From the NCBI GenBank assembly GCA_004347965.1, contig QNVF01000011.1, positions 1-35,925 of the forward strand: a DNA stretch of 35,925 nucleotides, in the 5' to 3' direction. Position 1 is the stretch's first letter, and every line of letters starts with the position of its first letter. The notes below the pieces were generated by a model, which saw only the letters and a list, made by a program, of their open reading frames with translations, had not been told where the DNA came from and made no database searches. Positions 28,309-35,925 of the stretch are shown here, one piece after another. This DNA is from Candidatus Nezhaarchaeota archaeon WYZ-LMO8. GTDB lineage: Archaea; Thermoproteota; Methanomethylicia; Nezhaarchaeales; WYZ-LMO8. The translations under genes and the position numbers were made by a program.

Positions 28309-29310
28309 TTGCAAAATAGTTCTTGCAAGCCGTACTACTTCATTCGCTACATCGACAGTCTTAGCGATGCCACCCATGTCTGGCGTTAGCACCCTACCAT
28401 CTGAGATTAATTTATCAATTGCTGATTCTATCGCCTTTGCTTTCTCAACTTCACCTAAATGGCTTAGCATCATCGCTGCGCTCAGAATTGATGCTATCGG
28501 GTTCGCAATTCCCTTGCCAGCTATGTCTGGAGCTGTTCCATGAATTGGCTCAAACATGGCATGCTTATCGCCCACATTAGCTGAAGGCGCCAGCCCAATG
28601 CTTCCCACAACACCTGCAGCAACATCAGAGAGTATATCTCCAAACATATTCGGAGTCACGAGGACTTCAAGGGTTTCTGGAGCCACTACTATCCTATACG
28701 CAGCCGCATCAACTATTAGCTCGTCTGCTTGAATCTCAGGATACAACTTAGCAACTTCGAAGAAAGCTGAGCGGAATAAACCGCAAGACTCCTTCATAAC
28801 GTTCGCTTTATGAACTACCGTAACCCTCTTCCTCCCCTCTCTTCGAGCCAGCTCGAAAGCGAATCTTGCTATCCTCTTAGATGCCCTTTCACTTACTATC
28901 CTTAAAGTGATTGCTGTAGAGCCAATTTTGAACTCTATACCTGAATAGAGGTCTTCTGTGTTCTCTCTAACTATAATCATGTCGACTTTCTTGGATGTCC
29001 TGCCAAAGCTCTTAAATGGCCTAACATTTGCGTAGAGATCTAGTACCTGTCTCAAGGTTATGGTGACCGACCTATATGACTTGGGACTTGGAGGGGTCAT
29101 TAACGGACCTTTCAGTATACAGTTGCAGTCCTTTATTACGTCGAGAGCTCCATCCTCAATAGGCTTACCTGATTGTCTCCAATACTCGTAGCCAGCCTTT
29201 ATCTCCACGTACTCGGCATCGAGGTCAAGTGCTTTAAGAACCTTAATAGCTGCCCCAATAACCTCAGGGCCTACACCGTCGCCGTATATGACTGCTATCT
29301 TGTACTTCAA
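28297..29310 (-). CDS. Isocitrate/isopropylmalate (homoisocitrate) dehydrogenase family
   Basis: GDGVGPEV, LYANVRP, VRENTEDLY, HKANV, NMFGDILSD and EPIHGTAPDIAGKGIANP motifs. TTG start at 29310 follows GGAGGT (ORF track starts at 29382). Substrate not resolvable. Confidence 0.92.
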   Translation of the reverse strand: MKYKIAVIYGDGVGPEVIGAAIKVLKALDLDAEYVEIKAGYEYWRQSGKPIEDGALDVIKDCNCILKGPLMTPPSPKSYRSVTITLRQVLDLYANVRPFKSFGRTSKKVDMIIVRENTEDLYSGIEFKIGSTAITLRIVSERASKRIARFAFELARREGRKRVTVVHKANVMKESCGLFRSAFFEVAKLYPEIQADELIVDAAAYRIVVAPETLEVLVTPNMFGDILSDVAAGVVGSIGLAPSANVGDKHAMFEPIHGTAPDIAGKGIANPIASILSAAMMLSHLGEVEKAKAIESAIDKLISDGRVLTPDMGGIAKTVDVANEVVRLARTILQLQH

Positions 29311-29367
29311 GCCGTAAACCTCCACATTTTTAAGTACTTTAAGCTTTTGAAGAGTAGGTGCCTTAAA

Positions 29368-30312
29368 GTGGAATTTAAGCATTTATGCGAAGAGCTGGAT
29401 AAAATCTTGAGACTTGACATAGGTTTTAGAGGCGTTGTTGACGGTCTTTACTCAGCAGCTAGATCAATCACTGGTAAGCCTCTCACACAAGCTTTCTCGG
29501 AGATCATTAATTCTATGTCGCTCGGACATATAATAGTGATTACTGGGTTTAAGGTTGTACCTAAGGCAGTTCAAGAGACTGATGGACCGTCCGGTGCAAT
29601 AGTGCTTGCAAAGACCCTTGCATCATTAGGGTTTAGCGTCTCCCTAGCCATCGAAGAAGACTCTGTTGAAATTCTTAAGGCTGGGCTCGAAGTCTTCGAC
29701 CTAAAGTGTCCTGTACATCCTCTGCCAGTAAACGTTCCTTTAAGCAATTTGTCTCAAAGGTTACTCAGGGAACTTAAACCTAGCGCATTGATCTTCATTG
29801 AAAAAGCTGGGGCTAACGATGCCGGAGTATATCACAACATGTTTGGGGTCGACGTTACTAAGTACCATGCTAAGGTTGAGAGGCTCTTAGAAGATGCTCG
29901 AAATATGAGGAGCAAAATCATAGCGATAGGTGATGGCGGGAATGAGGTGGGGTTCGGACTTGTGAGGGAAGCAGTAAGAAAGCTCGTCCCTCGAGGAAGT
30001 GATTGTGGATGTCCATGCCGTGGAGGTATAGCTGCATCGTCAAAAGCAGATGTGGTCATAGTCTCGTCGATATCTAACATTGGCTGCTACGCTGCTTCAT
30101 GCTCCCTCCTAGTCTCCAATAACTCTCCTTGGTTTTACAATCACAACTTAGAGCTTAAGCTCTTGAAGGCAATAATTGATTTTGGTGCAGTTGACGCGAA
30201 GACAGGTGATTCCTGCATGATGGTTGATGGGGTACCTGCCGAGGTTATAGCATCGCTGATGGACGTTATGGCTCACATGGCTGAAAGGTATCTTAAGATG
30301 AGAAGGTTATAG
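29368..30312 (+). CDS. DUF4392 / D-glutamate cyclase C-terminal-like protein
   Basis: TGF...ETDGPSGA, IEKAG, YHNMFG.D, IGDGGNEVG.G, SNIG and DG motifs. GTG start at 29368 follows AGGTG and avoids overlap with the divergent gene. Confidence 0.75.
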   Translation: MEFKHLCEELDKILRLDIGFRGVVDGLYSAARSITGKPLTQAFSEIINSMSLGHIIVITGFKVVPKAVQETDGPSGAIVLAKTLASLGFSVSLAIEEDSVEILKAGLEVFDLKCPVHPLPVNVPLSNLSQRLLRELKPSALIFIEKAGANDAGVYHNMFGVDVTKYHAKVERLLEDARNMRSKIIAIGDGGNEVGFGLVREAVRKLVPRGSDCGCPCRGGIAASSKADVVIVSSISNIGCYAASCSLLVSNNSPWFYNHNLELKLLKAIIDFGAVDAKTGDSCMMVDGVPAEVIASLMDVMAHMAERYLKMRRL

Positions 30313-30838
30313 ATATCGGTGTAAGGCCTAAGTGAATGTAAATGTCCTTGATGAAGTTGATGCAGTCATTTACATCCTGATGAGGTAGGAAAGCTAGGTG
30401 AGAGAAGCACTTACAATCACTACATCCAAACCCCTTTATGCATTTCGTTAAGGAGTTTATTGCAGATGCTATTGTACATTCAAACCTCTTATCGACCATT
30501 GATGCGACGACTCCAACAACTGTCGATGACTTAGATGAGGTTAAGTAGTCTATGTGCCACTTCAACTTCTTCCTCTTCTCGAGATGTCTTAGGACCCTAC
30601 CTCTAAGGCTTAAAGCTCCTCGACCTAGTCCTGAGCCGGTGTACGCATAGAATCCTTCCATTACATCCATAATCCCCAACGAGCCTATGTGCATCCTTCC
30701 TCCTTTCACAACGTGAATTATTACCGTATACACACCCTTCTTAGGGAGAATGTTGAGGGGAGGCTCGGCAAGCCTGTCAACATCATGCCTAAAGTCAGAA
30801 CCCGGGTTACAAGTCATAGCCTCCACCTCGTATAGCAT
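30293..30838 (-). CDS. DUF123 GIY-YIG (Uri) family nuclease
   Basis: KGVY, G.YAYTGS, RVLRH, WHIDYL, EC, GFGCSDCKC.SHL motifs; start uncertain. Confidence 0.85.
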   Translation of the reverse strand: MLYEVEAMTCNPGSDFRHDVDRLAEPPLNILPKKGVYTVIIHVVKGGRMHIGSLGIMDVMEGFYAYTGSGLGRGALSLRGRVLRHLEKRKKLKWHIDYLTSSKSSTVVGVVASMVDKRFECTIASAINSLTKCIKGFGCSDCKCFSHLAFLPHQDVNDCINFIKDIYIHLGLTPISITFSS

Positions 30839-30861
30839 CTCGACAGCGCATTAACGTTTCG

Positions 30862-30870
30862 CATATATAT
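30862..30870 (+). promoter_or_regulatory. TATA-like element upstream of the C/D sRNA
   Basis: CATATATAT 26-34 nt upstream of the sRNA terminal stem; may also serve DUF123 on the minus strand. Confidence 0.45.
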
Positions 30871-30895
30871 GGTTCGCGCTAAAGATTAAATTGAA

Positions 30896-30959
30896 CAGGG
30901 CTGTGATCGAGGGTTCAAAGCGCTGAGAGATGATGATGCCGACTACACTGTGAGCCCTG
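30896..30959 (+). ncRNA. Box C/D methylation guide sRNA
   Basis: Terminal stem CAGGGC/GCCCTG; variant box C GTGATCG (30903-30909), 13-nt guide, D' CTGA (30923-30926), C' ATGATGA (30930-30936), 13-nt guide, variant D GTGA (30950-30953). Intergenic, 64 nt. Confidence 0.8.
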
Positions 30960-31039
30960 GAAAAACCTTTAAAGTTAAGCAATTAGCGTGCTTAAATGTG
31001 AAGTTATGTTCGAGAAAATTAGAATTCATGTGAGGGAAG

Positions 31040-31558
31040 TTGATGTCTAAGTCTAGAGGGCAGAAAAAACAGGAGGGCTCTCAAGAGAACAACCCCGACA
31101 AGGTAATTCTCATACACTCTGAGAGGGGTAATATCAGGAGGGTTGTTGAGCTTAGTGGACCTCTACATGAAGTTGTCAAGAAAGCTGCTCTTGAGGCTTT
31201 GCAGCTATGGAATCCCGAAACATCCGACTTCGTGGTCATGAGGGATAACTACACTAAGACCTTAAAGCTACCACTAACTAAGGAAGAGTACGAGGTTTAT
31301 TCAAAATTCGAGTTGCGCAGAGGATCTAAAGAAGCCGAGGTTATTATCCCTATTTACATAGCATCGTTTAACAATGAATGGAGAGAAACTGACTACTACG
31401 ACAATGAGATATTCATAATAGCCCCCAAGTTGCCGCAAGAAGACTTAGAGGAGCTCAAGAGGAGAGCTATGATTGCTACTTCGGAAGAGCAGCTTGAAGC
31501 AAGTGGCTTAAGTGGTCTAGAAGAAGATTTAGAAGAGCTTGAAGAGGAGGAAGAGTAG
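31040..31558 (+). CDS. Conserved archaeal protein, DUF2286-like, with acidic C-terminal tail
   Basis: SE.G, WNPETSDFVVMRD and IPIYIASF.NEW recalled as DUF2286-like; tail LEEDLEELEEEEE. Confidence 0.6.
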   Translation: MMSKSRGQKKQEGSQENNPDKVILIHSERGNIRRVVELSGPLHEVVKKAALEALQLWNPETSDFVVMRDNYTKTLKLPLTKEEYEVYSKFELRRGSKEAEVIIPIYIASFNNEWRETDYYDNEIFIIAPKLPQEDLEELKRRAMIATSEEQLEASGLSGLEEDLEELEEEEE

Positions 31559-34162
31559 CTATTTATTGAAGAACGAAGTTATGCTCTTAACCCCAAGTAT
31601 CTCATCAAAGTCTAGGCCTAGAGCAGTAAGCACTTGCTCAAATGTAGTCCTCATGTGCTCAACGTACTTATCTACATCTATTTCGTCTATCCTTGCAAGC
31701 TGGATAGGTTTAACGCCTGGCTCTCCCTTTACTTTTACGAATCTTATTATTGAGCCAGAATCTACATTCTTTTTGTAGGCCATCAAGAGCTTAGCTGCCT
31801 TCACGTGTTGAGAGGAAACAGCGTACTCTGATGGGTGCTTCGACAGCATGACAGTAAAGGCCAGCTCATCGAGACTATACCTTCTCTCCTTCAACCTATC
31901 ATAGACTCTTCGTGCCAAATTTCTGATTAGAGTTTTTGATCTCTCAAAGGCTTCTGGCGTGTCTACTTTGCTTAGTAAGCTCACAAAGTTCAAGAATGCC
32001 TCCTTCAGAAATGGTGGTGTATTCCTCTTTTTTCCAACAAGACCTTTAATGTCAACCTCACCGTTCACGAGGACTCCCACATAGTTCTTCTTTAATCCAG
32101 AGAAAGCTACAAACTTATAGTGCTTGTCGTAGTCCAAGTCTACCTTAAGCTCTTCCTCAGCCCATCGCATTAGTTCCTTTATCCTTAGCTCCTCAGGCTC
32201 GTAGATGAAGATGCTGTCTGTATCACCGTAGAGAACCTTGAGCCCTAGACTTTGAGCTTTCTCTATAGTCTTAGTTATTATGTACCTACCTATAGCTGTT
32301 GTGCTCTCTGCAACTGGAGGGCAATATAGTGAGAAGTTTGAGGAACCCATGACTCCATAGGAGGCATTCAATATAACCTTCAAGCTCTTCTCAACCACCT
32401 CGTAGAGACTCCTCTTTGCTGGATCTTGGACCTTCCTAGACATAGGTTTGAACCATAGTGCTCTAATGTCTCGTAGCATTCCTATCAATATAGATGTTAA
32501 TCCCTGTTTTTTCACGCAAACCCAGTGCGGCGTTGAGGGTATTGTATTCGACTTACATTCTGGATGATTGCAGTTTATGACTTCATATGATAAGTTCCTG
32601 GTCTTAACTATGCTTGGATATAGTGATGTGAAGTCGAGAACCGCTACGTTGAAGTAAACTCCTGCTGGAGGTTTCAGTACTATCGCACCCATGTACTTCT
32701 TGCCCTTTATCCTTGCCTCCGTTACTGCTTGACCCTTGACAGCTATTATCTCATCTTTCCTAGGTATTAGGTAGTTCCTCTTACGGTGTTCGAAGTATAG
32801 CATATTCCTTATCCAATTCGATATGCCTTGTCTGGTCACATCCTCCATGCTCATCTTGGCTATGCGCATGAAGAGTATCACAAGTTTCATTACAAGATTA
32901 TCGTTAAACTTCGTAAACTGCATCACCAGCTCAGCATCCCTCAAGCAGTAAGATGCTAATTGAGCATAGCTTAATTGTGAGACCGAATCTTTAAGCTGAA
33001 TTTTTCTGACTGAGAGCAATGCTTCAGCAACAGCATCTAAGGTCACGTCTCTGTACTTGTTGCTGAAGGCATAGCCTTGAATGGACTTGTTGTGGAAGAA
33101 CTTATAGAGATCCACATGAACTGATGATGCTAAGAGTGCTGCAGGATTTTCGCCCGCTGTCATCGATATTGGTACTTTATCCCTAGAAAAGCCAAGCTTA
33201 AGTGCTCTATGAAGTATGTAGTTTAAGTCGAAGTTATCTCCATTGAATGTGAGTATCACTGGGTACTCACATAGTAGCTTGAAAATTTCCTCCAACATCT
33301 TGTACTCGTCATAGAAGAACCTCACCTCACAATCCTGTGGAAACTCGTCTGGTTGCGAGGACTCAACGTTTTCTCTTCTTAGTAGGAAGACGAGCTTTCT
33401 CCCGTCGGAGTCTACGAGACTAAATGCTATTATTGGGTACAGAGCTTCTTTAGGGTTTGGAAGCTTATCAGGGTCAGGGGAGTAGACCTCTATGTCTATT
33501 GCTGCTCTCCTTATGTCGGGTATAGGTGCTAAGAAGAGTGGTAGCCACTCTTTTGCGAGCTCTTTGATTGCTACCTGATCTTCAAAGAGCTTTAAAACTT
33601 CTTCAGATTCCTCTCCACTAGGCTCTACATCGACTTTGACTAGCTTCCCATTCTCAACCTTATAGAACATCCCTGGTACAAGTTGTCTATCGAAGATGTA
33701 GCAGTTGTGGTACTTTATGTCAGCTTCCCAAGCTTTGGGTAGTAGATCCCTTATAGCCCCCCTTCTTCCACCTATAGCTAGAGGATCTGAGGCAATTATC
33801 TTCGTAAGCTCAACTTCCCTTTCTTTAAGAACATCAAATTTTTTAACCCTCTCAAAGCCCAAGAAGCCTGGATGCGATACGACCTTGCTTCTCTTGAGAT
33901 CCTCAATATTCATGTCGGTTAAGCAATAAGGCTTGTGACCAGAATCATCATACCAGAAGTGCATAATGCGCTTTTCAACGTCATAAAGTTTAAGGAGAGC
34001 TTTCTTTGCTTCACCACTATAAGAGACCGATAAGAGTATGCACACCCCAGTGTTCCTAGCTGGTTTAAGTTCAACTTTCTCGGGAATGTAGAGCTCCTCT
34101 TCGTACTCAGCTTCAAAACCCTCCTCGACTTCAAAATACTCCTCAAGCAGCCTGCTCACCAT
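31559..34162 (-). CDS. polB1: Family B DNA polymerase, crenarchaeal PolB1 type
   Basis: GHKPYCL, DPLA and AWEADIKY (PolB1-like N-terminus); Exo DIEV, FNGDNFD, YCLRDA; Pol DFTSLYPS, K...NASYG, YGDTDS and KKNY. No intein. Confidence 0.95.
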   Translation of the reverse strand: MVSRLLEEYFEVEEGFEAEYEEELYIPEKVELKPARNTGVCILLSVSYSGEAKKALLKLYDVEKRIMHFWYDDSGHKPYCLTDMNIEDLKRSKVVSHPGFLGFERVKKFDVLKEREVELTKIIASDPLAIGGRRGAIRDLLPKAWEADIKYHNCYIFDRQLVPGMFYKVENGKLVKVDVEPSGEESEEVLKLFEDQVAIKELAKEWLPLFLAPIPDIRRAAIDIEVYSPDPDKLPNPKEALYPIIAFSLVDSDGRKLVFLLRRENVESSQPDEFPQDCEVRFFYDEYKMLEEIFKLLCEYPVILTFNGDNFDLNYILHRALKLGFSRDKVPISMTAGENPAALLASSVHVDLYKFFHNKSIQGYAFSNKYRDVTLDAVAEALLSVRKIQLKDSVSQLSYAQLASYCLRDAELVMQFTKFNDNLVMKLVILFMRIAKMSMEDVTRQGISNWIRNMLYFEHRKRNYLIPRKDEIIAVKGQAVTEARIKGKKYMGAIVLKPPAGVYFNVAVLDFTSLYPSIVKTRNLSYEVINCNHPECKSNTIPSTPHWVCVKKQGLTSILIGMLRDIRALWFKPMSRKVQDPAKRSLYEVVEKSLKVILNASYGVMGSSNFSLYCPPVAESTTAIGRYIITKTIEKAQSLGLKVLYGDTDSIFIYEPEELRIKELMRWAEEELKVDLDYDKHYKFVAFSGLKKNYVGVLVNGEVDIKGLVGKKRNTPPFLKEAFLNFVSLLSKVDTPEAFERSKTLIRNLARRVYDRLKERRYSLDELAFTVMLSKHPSEYAVSSQHVKAAKLLMAYKKNVDSGSIIRFVKVKGEPGVKPIQLARIDEIDVDKYVEHMRTTFEQVLTALGLDFDEILGVKSITSFFNK

Positions 34163-34353
34163 CTCAACCTCTCAAGCTCACGCTCTTCTTCACTCCTTTT
34201 CTTATACTCCTTGTAGTGCTTCTTGCACAAATAGACCCTTCTACGTGTTTCAAGTCTCACGTTGAAATACCTTGAGACTTCAGCGGTAGAAATGGATCTA
34301 ACCGCAACATCGTTGCAGAGGGCACATTTCTCTCCCTTAGAGATCTTGCCCAA
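34156..34353 (-). CDS. Small basic C3H zinc-binding protein translationally coupled to polB1
   Basis: MGKISKGEKCALC...AVRSIS...YLCKKHYKEYKK; TTG at 34353 follows GGGAGG; the stop overlaps the polB1 start. Confidence 0.75.
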   Translation of the reverse strand: MGKISKGEKCALCNDVAVRSISTAEVSRYFNVRLETRRRVYLCKKHYKEYKKRSEEERELERLRW

Positions 34354-34577
34354 GTCAATTAGCCTCCCACTAGAGAGATTATAGAAGGCTAATTTTAAAG
34401 ATTGCAATAGATAAGGGGAAGTTACCTAGCTTCACGTAATGCCAAGCTAAAGAGTGAAAAATTTCGTAAGTAGAAGGGTCTACCTCCGCATAGAGGTAAT
34501 GATATGGCTATATGTGGGGCTGAAACGTATGTTGCAATCAGGAGGGGGCGAAGATAGTAGAGGAAAGAGGTTCTACG

Positions 34578-35354
34578 ATGAGGAGTATCTTATTTGTCTC
34601 ATTCTTTGGCTTGATGATTGGGGGCGTTGCTGGGCTAATAGGTGTTGGTGGAGGTGAATTTAGGATCCCAGTTTTGCTTTACGCACTTAAACGCCCAGCC
34701 GCCACTGCTGTAGCAATTAACCTATTTGTAGGCTTGCTAGTAGTTGTCGCTTCCTTTATTAGACGTCTTCAATTAGGTTTGTTGAGCAACCACTACGCCA
34801 ACATAGCCTTCACTATGTCGATGTCATCGATTGTCGGTGCTTATTTAGGAGCTCGGTTAATAGGCAAGTTCCCTGAAAAAATGTTGAGAAAGATTTTAGT
34901 ATCGTTCCTAATAGTAGTCGGCTTAAAAGTTGGTATTGAGCCCTTCATTGAAGTACCAAAGCTCTCTGCCTTCACGCTAGGCTTTGTGGAAGAGACCTTG
35001 CTATCTGCGATGATAGGTTTAGCGATAGGTATCATCGCGGGATACTTTGGAGTTGCTGGTGGTGAGTTTCGTATTCCAGCGTTGATCTACATCTTCGGTC
35101 TTGACATTGTTAATGCCGGTACCCTTAGTCTCCTCGTCTCTATTCCAACAGTTGCTTCAGGCCTCCTTAAGCATCATAGGACAAAGCACTTAAACTATGA
35201 CACATGTATCATTGCTACAGCTATGGGGGTAAGCTCGGTTATAGGCTCCCTGATCGGGGCTTCCTACGTTAACAATGTAGATAAAGGTTTGCTTAAGGTA
35301 ATGCTTGGAGCGATTCTCGTCTTGTCAGCTCTACGAATCGCTACTAAACCATAG
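34578..35354 (+). CDS. TSUP (TauE/SafE sulfite exporter) family membrane protein
   Basis: About 8 TM helices; internal repeat GVGGGEFRIP / GVAGGEFRIP. Confidence 0.88.
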   Translation: MRSILFVSFFGLMIGGVAGLIGVGGGEFRIPVLLYALKRPAATAVAINLFVGLLVVVASFIRRLQLGLLSNHYANIAFTMSMSSIVGAYLGARLIGKFPEKMLRKILVSFLIVVGLKVGIEPFIEVPKLSAFTLGFVEETLLSAMIGLAIGIIAGYFGVAGGEFRIPALIYIFGLDIVNAGTLSLLVSIPTVASGLLKHHRTKHLNYDTCIIATAMGVSSVIGSLIGASYVNNVDKGLLKVMLGAILVLSALRIATKP

Positions 35355-35793
35355 CTTCACTTTTAATCTCTTAATAATTACATCGAACGGTACGTCCCTT
35401 CAAGGTCTTGAAAGTTATTTTTAGCGGCTCTTACAATATTGGCTTATGATTTATTCGCATGTAGTATGTGCATTATCTTGGGTTTTATATTATAATTATT
35501 GAAGACGTGCTAAGCTTTTCAAAGAAAAGAAGATAGTAAAGATTTAAATAGGGATGGCATCTCCACAATTCTTAAAGAGATACTTGCGAAATTGTTTAAA
35601 GCGTTGCTCATGGCTCTCATAATCTTTGTAGTAATTTTGTAGTAATATTGACTATGCTCCTTTACCTTCATAGTTAATGAAGGGCTTCGCAACCCTCATA
35701 TAATTTAAGGGGAACGTCTATAACTAATTCTTTCAAGTCTCGCTGAGAAAATAGGATAAGAAAAGATATACAAATGCTTGAACAGGAGGAGTA

Positions 35794-35879
35794 GGGCCCG
35801 TCGTCTAGCTTGGATAGGACGCCAGCCTGCGGTTCATGCAGAAAGCTGGAGGTCCGGGGTTCAAGTCCCCGCGGGCCCG
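35794..35879 (+). tRNA. tRNA-Arg(GCG) with an 11-nt intron at 37/38 (35833-35843)
   Basis: Acceptor GGGCCCG/CGGGCCC, D arm GTCT/GGAC, anticodon stem CCAGC/GCTGG, loop CT-GCG-G^A after removing TTCATGCAGAA, T arm CGGGG-TTCAAGT-CCCCG. Confidence 0.93.
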
Positions 35880-35925
35880 CTTAAAACTTAGATCATTTTC
35901 TTGCTGCCACACGCTCCTACACCTA

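Noticed and set aside
29173..29382. Apparent 210-nt head-to-head overlap of the dehydrogenase and DUF4392
   Set aside because: It disappears when RBS-supported starts (29310 and 29368) are used.
898..35035. Many 60-130 aa ORFs antisense or out of frame to recognised genes (e.g. 959-1267, 1334-1672, 4742-5143, 11069-11425, 16708-17088, 25737-26000, 34454-34657)
   Set aside because: Shadows of well-supported genes with Ser/Leu-rich composition and no motifs.
34642..35078. Repeated GVxGGEFRIP segments as a repeat element
   Set aside because: This is the known internal two-fold duplication of TSUP proteins.
35548..35600. Fluoride-riboswitch-like GGGATGGCATCTCC
   Set aside because: P1 does not pair properly, the downstream TGATGATGCCTAC pseudoknot partner is missing, and no gene follows.
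35888..35925. Possible 3' end of a minus-strand gene (GVGACGSKKMI*)
   Set aside because: Too short to support at the window edge.
1..35925. CRISPR array, IS element, provirus att site or intein
   Set aside because: No regularly spaced repeats, transposase or integrase ORF, duplicated tRNA 3' end, or insertion in PolB1/TFB was seen by eye.

Overview
Gene-dense archaeal chromosome segment, almost certainly TACK/Thermoproteota (S26e, PolB1, a DUF2286-like gene, tRNA introns in relaxed BHB motifs, GGTGA/GAGGTG ribosome-binding sites). Left to right: a molybdopterin/tungstopterin cluster (mobA, mobB, moaA and a markedly divergent moeA), surE, tsaC, a pilin-like ORF, tfb, tRNA-Arg(CCT) with a 29/30 intron, ilvE, an HTH-PRTase, a ~0.9 kb ORF-poor gap, rpl15e, a PflX-type radical SAM protein, an NTPase and nucS. 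Next is a 12-subunit complex-I-like group 4 [NiFe] hydrogenase (A-B-C-D-H-I-J1-J2-K-N, then L-M) split by an EndoQ gene. The right part has proS, rps26e, a PfkB kinase, an unlisted 53-aa Cys-rich protein, a prepilin peptidase, a beta-decarboxylating dehydrogenase, DUF4392, DUF123, an unlisted box C/D guide RNA, DUF2286, polB1 with an upstream small Zn protein, a TSUP exporter and tRNA-Arg(GCG) with an 11-nt intron. No CRISPR array, transposase or integrase was seen. The best leads are the hydrogenase/complex I hybrid, the C/D RNA with a compensatory C/D base-pair flip and apparent tRNA-Gln targets, and the re-wired MoeA. Family calls come from motif recognition only; no searches were run.
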